From positions 97,962,001 to 98,026,000 of the forward strand of contig CM052816.1 in NCBI GenBank assembly GCA_028534125.1: 64,000 bases of DNA, in the 5' to 3' direction. Position numbers and translations under genes: made by a program. The notes beneath the pieces were generated by a model. That model was not told the origin of the DNA, did not search any database, and saw only the letters and a list, made by a program, of their open reading frames with translations. The stretch's first letter is position 1, and each line of letters begins with the position of its first letter. The DNA comes from Lama glama (lineage: Eukaryota). Of the stretch, positions 43,106 to 56,202 are shown one piece after another.

Positions 43106-43888
43106 CCCTGACCACTTTCTGACCTTTTGTGGCCAGCCTGGGAAATGTCATGGCACCAGTGGGTGTCATTTAGCAGCTAATGTGTTACAATGAGCCTATA
43201 ATGAGGCTCAAGGGCCACTGCAAGTCGAATCTTCTGCCATCTTGGGTCGAACTGGTTCTAACCAGTGGGTGTCTATCCTGTTTTTCTCAATGGCTGTGTC
43301 CTTCTGCTAATGGCTGTGCCCTGCCCCTTCCCTCCTGTCTCAAAGAGTTATTTCACATTCCTCTTTGCACACTGAATCTTTGACATCCAGAGCATCTCAG
43401 TTTGGACTGGCCCCAGGTGGCTCAATTTCAACCTCTCTGTACATCCTGCATTTGAATTCTTGGACAATGCAGCTTACACCAGACTTCTGCCAGGCGTTAA
43501 GTGGTCTGAGGGCTGAGGTAGGACCCAGGGGCCCAGAGGGAGCCAAGGTCTTCAGTCGTGAAGGGGCTCCTGCCTGGGAGAGCTCACTCCGGACCCTCTG
43601 CCTCTGGCCACGCTGCCAGCCCCAGCGCTGGGAGCTCACCTGGCAGGTGAGCCCGTCTCTCCCTGTTTCTGGCTCCCTCTCTTTGGCTTAATTGTTGCTC
43701 TCTGCTTGGTGGCGGCTCCCGGGCTGGTGCCACCAGCTGGGAAGCACCTAAGGCTAAAGGAGGTGCTTGTGACCTTGGGACCCCAGGAAGAGGGGCTGAC
43801 TCTGCTTTACAGATCTGCTCGGATGGCTTTGTCCAATACGCCTTCCAAGAAGAAGCTCAGTGTGCTTCTTACTTAAAATACCAATGCA

Positions 43889-44152
43889 TTTTCTTTTCTT
43901 TTCTTTTTTTTATTGAAGTACAGTCAGTTTACAATGTTGTGTTAATTTCTGGTGTACAGCATAGGGAGTCAGTTATACATATATATTCATTTTCATTGTA
44001 GGCTATTGAATATAGTCCCCTGTGCTGTACAGTCAGACACTGCTGTTTACCTATTTTACATGTAGTAGTTAGTGTCTGCAAATCCCGAGCTCCCAGTTTA
44101 TCCCCCCACCCTTCTTCCCCCCACCCCCCAGCAACCACAAGTTTGTTTTCTG
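43889..44152 (-). mobile_element. Short L1 3'-terminal insertion (camelid type)
   Basis: T-rich tail followed by attgaagtacagtcagtttacaatgttgtg..., the same terminus as the 27384 L1. Confidence 0.85.
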
Positions 44153-45619
44153 CTTGGGAGTCTGCTTACTGAGGCATTTTCCACGGAGGCATCAGGATGC
44201 CATGCCGCGTGTCTGGGCCCTGCCGGATGGCTCTTCCTTCTCCACCCGTGGGAGCCAAGTTCACCTCTGCCATCCTGGGCTGCTCGTCGGTACCTGGCCC
44301 TGGGGTGAACATGCCGAGCCTTCCCTGGTGCTCATGGCTGTTGCGGAGTTTGGCAAATGCTACCCCAATATTTGCTCTGCCGTGCCCGCCTGGCTGGGAG
44401 GTCCTTACACCCAACTAGAGGATGTCAGAGCTTCCATGACAAACAGCCCCGCCTTCCGTCCATGGTGTCACCGGCAACCCAGGGTGCCTCCACCCAGGAT
44501 CCAGCCCTGGGAGGGGCAGCCACCTCACTGACCCCTTGCCACCGTTCCACCCAGGTCCTGCCTTCCTTAGCCCCCATCTGCACTGACCCTTCTCGCTGAA
44601 TTTAAGAGAAGAATGTGAAATTCAAGCCTTAGAAACAAAGGCTCCAAAAGAGCCAACATATCCTGGACTCTGTGAGCAAACCCACCTGTGCTAACGTGCT
44701 CAGGACCTAAGGCGTTTTGAGATCCCAGGAACCGGATGGCTGCTGTGGAGTGGGACACTGGGGGAAAGGAAACCTCCCAAAGACTCCAGACACGTTCTCT
44801 TCTTAGTAACATAAAATCATCTTTTATTCATTTTCTGTCATAGGACGTGACTACACACCACTGACTCAGCGACGGTAACTGTTCACAACCAGTTTACCCT
44901 TTGACTGTTTGAGTCCGAGAGAACCGGCAGGCTGAGCTCCCCCTGGAGCGGCCCAGCCCACAGGACCCTTGGTTGAGGTGGCCTTGCCCACGTCGTCCCG
45001 CTGGCCGTCCCCAGCTGAGCGGCCCTGCCCCCGGGGGTGACGTCCCTCCCTGAGTGGAGACAGCCGGCCGAGACAGAGCAGGGTGGCACTGTGCCAACAC
45101 GCTCTCTCCTCCGAACCTGCCGTTACAGGGGCGCCACGTGGGGATGCTCGTCAGCATCTACCACCACGTCCCGGGGGCAGTTACAGAAGAGGGAAGGCAG
45201 ATCAGAGCATGTCAGTGGATGTACATTTTGGTGGAAAATTATTTTGAAAGAAAGATAAACAGGACCAGAACCAACTCTGCTCACACACAGCCCCGCCTGC
45301 ACCCCTCTGCACAGCTGTACTGATGCAGAACTTACAACCGAGCCCTGAGTGGCTGAGCACCATCCGACAGTGAGGACGCGACGGGTGGGCTGAGGGCTCT
45401 AAGTGGGGCCCCGAACCTCACTGCCTGCCGCGGTGCTAGAAGTCTCTGGTCAGGGTTACGGGCTGCTTGGGGAAGCCTCCCAGGACACCCACTTACAGAC
45501 GAGCGTGTGACGCAGGCTCTCCAGAGAGGCAGAGAATGTGAACTCAGGAGAGGCCGGGTGCTGCGGTCTTGAGTCTGAATTCCGCAGGGCAGCTGGCTGG
45601 ACACTCAGACAGGGTTTCT

Positions 45620-45852
45620 ATGTCATAGTCTTGAGGCCAAATTCCTCCTTCTCGAGGAGGAAAAATCCCAGTCTTTGCTCTCAAGGCCTTCAGCTGATGG
45701 GGTGAGGCCCACCCACATCATGGAGGTGATCTGCTCTGCTCACAGTCTACTGATGTGAATGTTAACCACATCAAACATACCAGCAACACTGAGCTTGGTG
45801 TTTGACCAAACTGGGCACCGTGGCTTCGGCAAGCTGACACATAAAACTGTCA
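45620..45852 (-). mobile_element. MLT2-type (ERVL) LTR fragment
   Basis: aggccttcagctgatggggtgaggcccacccacatcatggagg...tttgaccaaactgggcaccgtggc...aagctgacacataaaa. Confidence 0.75.
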
Positions 45853-48204
45853 CAGCGGAGAGCTGTCTCCAGACCACGGCGGGCGGGTACGGTTGTGATT
45901 TCACATCGCCGGCTGGGAGGCCTTGGACAAGTCCCTTAGCACAGCCACACCTCACTTTCCCCATCACCGATGTGGTGACAGCCATACCCTCGGCAGGGGT
46001 TGTCATAAGGGCCAGGCGTGGTGACGATGGACGGTGCTTGCCTGTTGCTTTAGGCGGGAGGGACGTGAGTCAAGAGCAGAAGCTACATGCAAGAAACTTC
46101 CCTCCTTGTATTTTGCGAAAGCCGAAACTGAGAGCGAAGTTTTCCTGGGTGTTCAGAGGAGGAGGGAGCATTGAGGGCAGAGGGCCCAGGCATGGAGGGG
46201 CGTGGCGATCCCTGGGGAGGCAGCTGCACCGCAGAGCGGAGGGCTGCTGGGCCTTGAAGAGACCTGTCCCTGCCCAGCATTACTGTGGTCTCCACGGGGG
46301 GACAGTGGGGTTGTGGGACTTTCTAAGGGTCCATGGGCTGGAAACTGGGCAGCCCCACAGTGACCAGTGTGGGCAGTCAGGACCCCTGGGGCTTGACTCT
46401 TTGAGGACCCTGGGAGTCTTGGCCTTGTCTGGGACCCAGTGTCCTGCTTCCATGGCAGTTTGGGGACCCAAGTCAGAATAAAACGTGCCCAGGGGACCAC
46501 CGAGTGTCCGCTGACTGGCTCTGCCCAATCCTGCCTGGTGGCACCCTGCTACCTCCGCTCCTTGCCACCCCGCACATGTCTCTTTACGCCCACGGAGCAC
46601 TGGAGCCAAGCCCCGAGTGTCCCGGGTATATGGGAGGCAGCTCATCAAGGACTTGTGTCCTGTCCCCAAGGACCCAGACAAACGGACACCTCTGGGGACA
46701 GAATCACTAATGTCCTGCGTCAGCCTCTGGCAACAGGGCCACCTAACTGCTCTGGACTGAGGTCTAGCCTTACTTGTTTCATCTGAGGATTTCCCCTGCT
46801 TCCTCATCTGTTCACTATGCATTTAAACATTAACGAAATTTTAAAAACACACATATATAAAAGCCAGGCTTTACAGGTACGCTGGAATGGGAGGCTTTCC
46901 AGATTTTTCAGTTCTCTCGGATTTTGTCCAGAGGAGAAGTGTAGAGTCTGGAATTGAAATCAATTCTCTTCCTGTGGAACCAGCAAGGCAGACGCGGCGG
47001 CTGCACCCGTGTGTCTGCGGCCGGAGGACGCCTGCGTCGGCGCTGTCGGATCCCGGATGCTCGGCCGTGAGTTACACCGACGACCTCTCCGCCTCCAGCC
47101 AGGTAACCGGGATCCAGCATCTCCCGCGGTGCTGGTTAAACCTCACCTGGCTTGTTTTGGCAGCACGTCAGTCTCCCGGCTTTGTCTGTGGCCTTCATCC
47201 TGTGATGTGTGGGATTAGCTCTCCCTCCAGACTGACCATCTGCAGACGCCGTGAGTGTCCCAGCCGCAGCTCACCCCAGCCACCGGCCAGGACGTCGGCC
47301 AGGCGAGACGTGAGTGGGGGTTATTCTCGGGGCGCAGCCCGCCCACCCCGCTGGGCGTCCCGGTCTCATCCCGGGGTTGGAGTGGAGAACCCCTGCGTGG
47401 ACTAGTGCGCCTTCAGGGACACAGAGGGCAGATCGGGGGACAGCAGCGCTCTCGGGGGATGGCCGTGCAGTGGTTTGAATCCTCGGGATGACGCTTCTCC
47501 CTGCTCCCTGTTCCGTCATCCTGCCCACAAGACACGGTGAGAGGCCTGGGACCTGTGCCTGGAACCAGCAGTGCCACATCTGCCTCTGGACACACGGCGG
47601 CTGGAGGGCCAGAGGCCATGTCGCCGTGGCACGTCGCTGTCCCACCCAGCTGGCCTTTGGGGAATCGGGAGATCTGGCTCCAGACTGTGCTCTGGAATTG
47701 CAGGCTGCTGTTTCTGGAAGTGATCCCTGTGGAACCTGGAGGCAGGGTTTACAAAATACTCACATTCCAGGCAGCTTCTTGCCCGACTCCCGATCCTGGG
47801 GTGTTCCCTGAGCCGGCACGTGGGCTCTTAGGAGACCCTCAGTCCCTGGGTGCTCCAGCGTAGTGAGGGTCCCGCTGGGAGGCCCAGGGTGTGGAGGCTG
47901 GTAGGCGGGAGGCTGGGCTTGGGGTGGTGGCGGCATCGCATCCTCCTCGAGCAAGAGGGAACCAGTCTCCAGCTCCCCCTGGATGCTGCAGGGGGCTTGG
48001 CTTCCTGTCTTCCGCGGGCTTCCAGGCGGGGGGCCTCGGAACGCTCCACTGCCAGGGGTGCCGAGGTGCCGGGAAGCAGGGGTGGTGCCTGCCTCTGCTC
48101 ACGCTGCCGGGCGCCCTGCTCTGAGCCTCCTGAGTCACACCCTCCCCCGAGTCGTCTGCAGCCACTGTCTGAGAAGCACTTTCTTCAGCTGCATTTTTCT
48201 GAAA

Positions 48205-48520
48205 CAGGTTAGGGACTCGCCCCGACCTCTAGGCTCTAGAGGTGCCAGCATCCCTTGGCCTGTGACCCCTTCTCGAGTCACCTCGGCTTCTGCCCTCTGT
48301 CATCACATCTCCTTCGCTGACTCCAACCCCGCTGCCTCCCTCTTAGAGAGACCCTTGTGATGACATCCCACCCACCCCCAGAAGATTCAGGATCACCTCG
48401 CACCTCACTGTCCTTAACTGGGTCACACCTGCAAAGACGTTTTGGCCGTGGAAGGTCACAGGGTCTCAGGTTCCGTGCGTCGGACACCCATGAGGATGTC
48501 TTTGGGGCCATAAGTCTGCT
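48205..48520 (-). mobile_element. MLT1 (MaLR) LTR fragment
   Basis: gcatcccttggcctgtg...ctgcctccctcttagagagacccttgtgatgacatc...tccttaactgggtcacacctgcaaagac. Confidence 0.65.
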
Positions 48521-49561
48521 GGCCGCACTGTCAGGCCTGTGCTCTCACCACGTCCTGCTGGGTCTCCCCCAGCGGGCAGGTCGTGCCTGACTCGCCCGTG
48601 GTACAGGCGTGTCCCGCTGCCCTGCCCACCGCTCCTGCTGAGTGAGCCCAGCCCCAGTTTGGAAGCCGTCTGGTCCGACTCATCCTCATCACCGAGAATT
48701 CTGCTCCTGGGGCACCTGAAGAATGGTGCTCCTGGGTCAGCAGGGCACTGGGACCTGTGGTCCCCAGGCTGACGGGAGCCTTTGGTTGGAGATCTGCTGA
48801 GACCCCCCAGGTCAGCCCTGCTGAGGAGGGAGCACAGGGGGCTGCTGCTGCCCTGCAGAGGCACGGGGTGGGTGCTGGGGAACTGGCGGGAACCTTCCTT
48901 TATTGCCTTGCCCGCCCCATACCGGGCTCCAGGTAAACTGGGGTTTGCGCCCTCTACTGGCCTCACGTAGCCACAGCACTTTGAACATTTTAATTTCTCC
49001 CCCACCCTCCTGGCTCACAGGGACTCTCTCTGACCTCGTGTTTCCCTTTTCGGTCCTGCTTTCTCATCTTTTTTTTTTTTCAAGTAAAAAAATTATAAGA
49101 AATATATGACTTTCCCCCTCTAGCACCATGGGAAAAAAACCCCACATTGAGAATGTCAGGAAGCTGGCGTGGGCACTTGGGGCCGATCTGTGCGAATCCT
49201 ATGATCTGCCCTTTGTTCTGACGGCCCCGTGGGGCCTGCTGCGATGTGGGCCCCGGCCAGGCGCCCGGGCAGGACAGGGCTCTTTCACCGATGCATCTCC
49301 CACTTCTGTCCAACGTTCAGAATTGTGGGGAAGGAAAGGACGCTTCAAGGAAAAAAATACATAGTTCTCTCTATGACAGAGAGTAAATTACAGGGCCTCC
49401 AGATGGGTATTTTTGTGCAGATCCTGCTGATGTGGCTGGTTAGTTTCTATTTGCGGTTGAGAAACGCCAGTCTTCTGGTCTAGACGGGGGATCGGAAGGG
49501 ACGTGTCCTCCTGCGGCCCCGTCTTACCAGCCAGTTCCTGAATCCCCTGCAGCAGATGCTG

Positions 49562-49733
49562 CCCTCCCCCAGGGCTCCGAGCAGGCAGCTTCCCAGGACC
49601 ACTGGTTCCAGCGGAAGGCGTCAGAACCAGGCGATCCATCTCATTCCCCTCCCCCAGGGCTCTGAGCAGGCACGGTCCCAGGACCACTGGTTCCAGCGGA
49701 AGGCATCAGAACCAGGCGATCCATCTCATTCCC
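49562..49733. repeat. 85-bp tandem duplication (2 copies)
   Basis: ccctcccccagggctc...ggaccactggttccagcggaaggc(g/a)tcagaaccaggcgatccatctcattc starts at 49562 and again at 49647. Confidence 0.95.
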
Positions 49734-51019
49734 GTAGAGAATCTGATCCGAGCACAGTTTGTTTCACAGACCACTCGGTGTCTGATCGAGGCCCAGCCGG
49801 CATGAGCTTTGGGAAGAAAAGTAATTAACATCGCCAGGAACCACCCACACGTTGGAACACGCGGTTCAGAAGCTGCCAACCCAGAAAAAGGGATGACGCC
49901 AGGCCTCTCTGTCTGGTCCCCATTCCCCACCTCCCTCTAATTAAAATGTTCTTTCTAGTCAACCCGTCACCAGGCCTGGCAGTATCTGCTCTGCACAAGC
50001 CGGACAGAGCAGGGCTGCTCTGCGGCTGAATTCCGGCGGCAGGTGCGAATGGGCAGAGGCTCTGGGAATCACCAAAGTGTAGTTTAGTGTCGGGTCAAAT
50101 TCCATGCAGGTCTGTTTGGGAGAAGTTTGAACTCTCAGCCAGTAGAGAGAGAGGAGCAAGCAGCCAAGGTGACCGGGAGAATCTGACGGAAGGGGAGGGG
50201 CGTCCCCCGCTGTCCTCGGCGGGGCCTGCTGTGGGCCATGGGGGTTTGGGTCTCAGAGGGCGGTGGTGTTTCCTCACGGCTGTTGGTGATTCATTTCCCT
50301 TCCTGGGAAAACTTTTTACACAAAAATCAATCTTCTCTTTCTCCAGATGCTCTCTGGTCCCTGAAGTCATCTGTCTGTTCACAGCCAGGAGGGTGAGGGC
50401 GATGAGTCAGGGCCCCGGGGAAGCATCTGCAGGGCCAAACGGCAAGACCTGTGCCGGTGCCACCGGCCGGTGACTCAGTACACAGCTCCCCACAGGTGTT
50501 CATTACTTAGAGCAAACTTGAGAGAGGAAACTCCAGTTCAAGGGAAAAGGTGCACTTTCGAAGCTGTGGTTCACTCACCTCAAGGAGTCAACAGGCGTTC
50601 CCGAATGAAATGAGCTGACCCCGAGCTGCCCTCTGCGGAACATCGGCGGCCTTGCCTCTTGCCTTCTCCTCGGACAAATTCTCACTGGAAAAGCAGCAGG
50701 CCCACGTGTCCCTTCCGCTGCTGGGCCTCCTTGGGTGAGCCGGCCTGCTGGATGTGGCAAGTCCCTGCCAGCTCTGCCCAGCCCCTCACCAGGGCCAGGA
50801 TGCTGAGAAGAGGGGCGGGTGCAGGGCTAGGGGAGGGACAGGCAGGGACTGCACCCTCTGGAGAGGGTGATCTGCAGACCACAGAGGAGGGAGGGCTCTG
50901 CCCCCGGGTCAAGGGCAGGCAGAGCTGGGATGTGGTGTGCGTGCAAATTTCAAGATCGTTGGCACTGATGCCTGAGGTAGGTTGACTGGCAGCTTCTGGA
51001 AAGATAAGCCCACGTCCTG

Positions 51020-51410
51020 GGCCCTGGTATCTTGTTTGAAGAAAGGGTCTTTTCAGGTGTAATTAGATTAAGAATCTTGAGGTGAGATCGTCCTGGATTA
51101 TCTGAGTGTGTCCTGGATCCAATGCCAAGTGCCCCTAACCCTAACCCTAACCCTAACCCTCTGCAAACAGGCAGAGGGCGATTTGGCACAGATCGGGGCA
51201 GGGATTGACAAAATACAGCCACAAGCCAGGCGATGCCAGGAGCCACCAGACGTTGACGAGGTAAGAAGGATCCTCCCTCAGAGCCTTCAGAGGGAGCGTG
51301 GTCCTGCCAGCACCATGATCTTGGACTGCCGGCTTCTAGAAATGTGAGAGGATAAATTTCTGTTGTTTTAATCCACCCAGTTCGCGGTGACTGCCATGGC
51401 AGCTGCAGGG
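51020..51410 (+). mobile_element. MLT1 (MaLR) solo LTR carrying a telomeric insert
   Basis: gggtcttttcaggtgtaattagattaagaatcttgaggtgagatcgtcctggattatc...cagccacaagccagg...agagccttcagagggagcgtggtcctgcc...aatgtgagaggataaatttctgttgttttaa. Confidence 0.8.
51133..51160 (-). repeat. Short interstitial telomeric sequence, (CCCTAA)4CCCT = (TTAGGG)n on the minus strand
   Basis: ccctaaccctaaccctaaccctaaccct, perfect repeat. Confidence 0.95.
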
Positions 51411-51564
51411 GACGGAGATCGTGCCCCGGGGCCCAGAGAAGCCACAACGTAACACCTGGGCAAGGCCAGGCCGGCTGTCCTCTGCCAGAACCTTCTCCTC
51501 ACCACTGAGTTCAGCGTCTCTGGGTAGGGGAAGATGAAAACGTGCGGTTCGCCTGCTGTGTTTG

Positions 51565-51890
51565 TTTTTCATTGCTGAGCCACAGTTAGCGGTTACAATC
51601 ACGTTCATCTGTGGTCTCGCACTTTGCCTGGGTCGGGGGTCCAGGCACAGCTTAGCGGGTCCTCTGCCCAGCATCTCCCCAGTTTGCAGTCAGGGAGTCA
51701 GCTGGGCTGTGTTTCCTTCTGGAGCTCGGGCCGCTGTTGGCAGAATTCAGCCCCGTGCAGCTATGGGGCGGGGGTCTTGTTTCCTGCAGGTTCAGCTCCT
51801 AGAGACCCCGCAGTCTCCTGCCGTGAGGCCCCTCCCACCTTGGCAGCTTCCCTCTTCAAGGCCAGCAGGAGGATCTCTATTTTTAGGTAA
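51565..51890 (-). mobile_element. MLT1 (MaLR) LTR fragment
   Basis: gtccaggcacagcttagcgggtcctctgc...ctgttggcagaattcag...ttggcagcttccctcttcaaggccagc. Confidence 0.65.
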
Positions 51891-52159
51891 AGAGCAGGCT
51901 CCTCACTTCATTCTTGCCATAAAATGCAACATACCACCTGGGGTGCCTTCCTTCCTGGGTCTGCTCTTTGCAAACTTTCAGTTACCAGCACCCTTCCCTC
52001 CACACCTGCAGCCCCGCGCCGCCACACCCTTGTGACCTTTGCTTCCGAGGGAAGAAAGTGCCAATGTCACGGAAGTCTTGGCAGTTACATTTTCAGAGAT
52101 TCAAAGAGAGAGGCTCAAAGGAATGGCTTTTCGCAGGACAGCACTGAATACTCTGCCCA

Positions 52160-52530
52160 CCTAGGAGGGCCAGAAGTCCAGACCTGGGTTTGGTTCCTTC
52201 CAGAGGCTGAGGGAGAATCCATCGCCGCCTCCCTCCCAGCCCCTGGAGTTGCTGGCGGAGCTTGACGTTGCCCGGCTGGTAGACTCACCATTTCAATCTC
52301 TGCCTCCGTCTTCGTATCGCCCTCTCCCCTGTGTCTCTGTTTCTCAAATCTCCCTCAGCTTTTCCTTTATAAGGACACCTGCCATTAGCTTTAGGGTCCG
52401 GCCTAAACCCACAATGATCTCATCTTGAGATCCTCAACTTAATTACACCTGCAAAGACTTCAAATAAGGTTGCACTCACAGCTTCTGGGGGTTAAGACTT
52501 GGGCATACCTTCTGGGAGACCACTCATCAC
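52160..52530 (-). mobile_element. MLT1 (MaLR) LTR
   Basis: ggaggccagaagtcca...ttataaggacacctgccattagctttagggtcc...atgatctcatcttgagatcctcaacttaattacacctgcaaagac. Confidence 0.8.
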
Positions 52531-54522
52531 CACATGCATAGATATATATTTAAATTTATATATTTTTACATTTTGACATATATGCCAAATATATATATTT
52601 TTTCTTTATGTTCCAAGACAGTGCCTGGCTCTTAGCTGCACCGCATATGCCTGTGTATGTAGATGTATGTTGCACGTCTACAACTATGTGACCAGAAATG
52701 ACAGGCTCCCCGTCTCTGGTCCCAGCTTTATTGTGTTATTTGTATTAGATGGGGAGCCTGGACTATGAATTTAACTTCCTGTGTCTTAAAACACCCTTCA
52801 AAAAAGTGAGGTCTCTGGGTTACACTTCTTTTGTCATAGAATCCTTTCACTGTTAGAAGTCATTGGGACAGGCGAGTTTCAAAACCCTTTATGTGATTGG
52901 AAGGAAGTGTGTTCAAACAGGCCCCGAGCTGAGGACTGAGCGTGGTGCTGACTGAACCAAATTAAAGGCCCGGGTCATTCCCAGCGACCTCTAAGGCCCT
53001 TTCCAGTTCATTTATTAAATAAGTAATTGGCATGACGATTAGGAGAGCCTTTTCTTTTATTTCCAAAGCTAGCTTTCTAGAGAAAATCTGAGGAAGCTCC
53101 AAGCTATCATTTACTAAAAACAGTTTCAGTTCCCACCATTTCAGTGTGGGAAAGTTGTTACCCTGGACGCCATGAAGTTCAGGGTTCTGAGGACAAGTGG
53201 CAGAGGACACAGCCCCCCAGCAGGTGAGACCAGAGACCCTGGGAGGCTCCCAATTGCAAAAGAGAGGAGATAGCCTTGCACGCAATTGTATGCCGTTCCA
53301 GAAATTAATGCTTCATGGAAAAGTAACACCATAAAAAGGAAAAACTAAAGTGAGAAGAAACCCGTGAAACAATGAGACTAAGACTACATACATCAGGGGT
53401 GTGTGTGCAGATACACAGAATTTGGTAAAAATAAGAAAGACTGTCAAATGCAAAATGATCTGTATTATTTAAAAAGGTAAACTTTGGAGGGTTGTTGCTA
53501 GAAATACCCCTTGAGGTTAGAGATTTAAAAGTTGCTTTAGGATTAACTTAATGTAATGTTTAAGTGACGCAGGAAAGTAATTGACCATGTGCAAGTAAAA
53601 TCAGGTTTGAAAACCCAGTTAAGCTTTTAACGCCTATTTCTTATCTCTCAGCTCAGCATAGAACCGTCTATGAATCTACCTGGCAGCATTGCCTGTGAAG
53701 ATGATTTAAGGACATAGTTCTAAAAGGTCTTGGAGAAATTAAAAACTTTGCAAATATAGAAAAAGAAGAATTTTTTTTTAAAAAAAGGAATAGTTTCCTA
53801 TGGGAGATTTTATTCATGCTGTGCAGAATTATGTGATTGGATTTCATCTTCAAAATTATTTATCAGAAAACTTTTCATGGCTCAGAAAACTCCCGCTGCC
53901 TCTGTGCAGACAAGTCCCTGCAGGGTGACACACAGTCCCTGCCCTAGAAGGCGTATCAGCCTAAAACAGTTGATTTAGACTTCATTTTTGCCAGCAGATT
54001 ATGCACACATCTACCTCAGTGTCTCCGCCCTGCCCCTGTGTTCAAGTAAAAATAACTTGTTTCCACTAACAGGCAAAATTTATTCTTGATTGGAAATAGA
54101 ACTCTTGAAGGCAAGCACGTAAGTGACAAACACAGCAGAGGTCAAGAGCAGGCATTTTATGCAGCTTTGACAGTGGGTCCCTGTCCTACTGACACAGAGG
54201 CCCCACCCCGACTCCTTAGGGTTGGGGTGTAGTTACAATCCTGCTGGGTCCTTAACTTTTACCTTAAGGAAAGCGTGTCGCTGGACGTAGATTGCCCAAG
54301 TCACGGCAGTCAACTCCCCCACCCAGCTGGGTGGCGTGGAGGCGGATGTGTTCTGGGGGAGAGTGTGTGATTGGTCACGTTCATCTCTGTCGCCTAAGAG
54401 AAAGGCAGAGCCAGTGCCCAATTACTGGAGAACATTCCATGCCTTTGCCCAGGTTCACTTGGGATGAAGTGGACAACTTAATGCAGACCCTAACAGCCGA
54501 CCCAAGCCGTCAGCTTGACCGC

Positions 54523-55022
54523 NNNNNNNNNNNNNNNNNNNNNNNNNNNNNNNNNNNNNNNNNNNNNNNNNNNNNNNNNNNNNNNNNNNNNNNNNNNNNN
54601 NNNNNNNNNNNNNNNNNNNNNNNNNNNNNNNNNNNNNNNNNNNNNNNNNNNNNNNNNNNNNNNNNNNNNNNNNNNNNNNNNNNNNNNNNNNNNNNNNNNN
54701 NNNNNNNNNNNNNNNNNNNNNNNNNNNNNNNNNNNNNNNNNNNNNNNNNNNNNNNNNNNNNNNNNNNNNNNNNNNNNNNNNNNNNNNNNNNNNNNNNNNN
54801 NNNNNNNNNNNNNNNNNNNNNNNNNNNNNNNNNNNNNNNNNNNNNNNNNNNNNNNNNNNNNNNNNNNNNNNNNNNNNNNNNNNNNNNNNNNNNNNNNNNN
54901 NNNNNNNNNNNNNNNNNNNNNNNNNNNNNNNNNNNNNNNNNNNNNNNNNNNNNNNNNNNNNNNNNNNNNNNNNNNNNNNNNNNNNNNNNNNNNNNNNNNN
55001 NNNNNNNNNNNNNNNNNNNNNN
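54523..55022. other. Assembly gap (500 N)
   Basis: Run of N. Confidence 1.
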
Positions 55023-55247
55023 TAGGTGCTTGTTTCAAACATGATCAATAAAATTACCAATGAAGAATTATTTTCTCACGTACCTATAAATTGAATGAAT
55101 AAAATTGCCATAAAAGTGGAAATGTGGGATTTCAGAAAGCATCTTACACCTAAGTTTGGTAAAGACATCTAAAATGATAAAAATAGTTTTGCCTTAAAAA
55201 AATGCATCAACTTGGGTGTATCAGCATAAAAACCAATTGGATTAAAA

Positions 55248-56202
55248 AATGGGCAAAAGACCTAACCAGACATTTCTCCAGTGAAGACATACAGATGGCC
55301 AAGAGGCACATAAAGGTGCTCAATATCACTAATAATCAGAGAAATGCAAATCAAAACCACAGTGAGGTGTCACCTCACACCTGTCAGAATGGCCATCATC
55401 AAAAAGTCTACAAGTAATAAATGCTGGAGAGGGTGTGGAGACAAGGGAACCCTCCTATACTGCTGGGGGGGATGTAATTTGGTGCAGCCATAATGTAAAA
55501 CAGTACGGAGATTCTTTAAAAAACTAAAAATAGAGTTACCAGATGATCCAACAACCCCAATCCTGGGCATAGATCCAGAAAAGATGAAAATTAATTGGAC
55601 AAGAAACACATACCCCAATGTTCACAGCAGCACTGTATACAACAGCCAAGATGTGGAAGCAGCCTAAATGCCCATCGACAGAGGACTGGATAAAGAAGTT
55701 GTGTGTATGCACGCACACACACAGACACAGACACACAAACACACACACACATGCACAATGGAATAGTACTCAGCCATAAAAACAAATGAAATGACATTTA
55801 CTGCAACATGGCTGGACCCAGAGATTATCACACTTAGTGAAATAAGTCAGAGAAGGACAAATATCACATGATATCACTATGTGGAATCTAAAAAATGACA
55901 CAAAGTAACTTATTTATAAAACAGAAACAGACTCACAGACATAGAAAACAAACTTACGCTGACCCAAGGGGAAAGGGTGGGGAGGGGTAAGTTAGGAATT
56001 CGCGATTCGCAGATAGAAACTGCTGTATGTGAAACAGATAAACAACAAGGATCTGCTGTAGAGCACAGGGAACTATATTCAACAGCTTGTAACAACGTGT
56101 AATGAAAAAGAATATATATACATGTGTATAGCTGAATCACTTTGCGGTACACCAGAAACTGACACAACATCGTAAGTCAACTAGACCTCAATAAAAAAAG
56201 AG
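55248..56202 (+). mobile_element. 5'-truncated L1 (ORF2 end, 3'UTR, A tail) with an internal (CA)n
   Basis: KKWAKDLTRHFSSEDIQMAKRH; TSD aattggattaaaa at 55235-55247 and 56203-56215. Confidence 0.92.

Noticed and set aside
45759..46481. 240-aa plus-strand ORF
   Set aside because: Starts inside an MLT2 LTR and runs through a MIR-like segment; no protein family resemblance.
49562..49733. Repeat-spacer-repeat appearance (CRISPR-like)
   Set aside because: The apparent spacer is itself part of the 85-bp unit, so this is a simple tandem duplication in a mammalian genome with no cas genes.
54292..55060. Several 178-250 aa ORFs
   Set aside because: Artefacts of reading through the 500-N gap.
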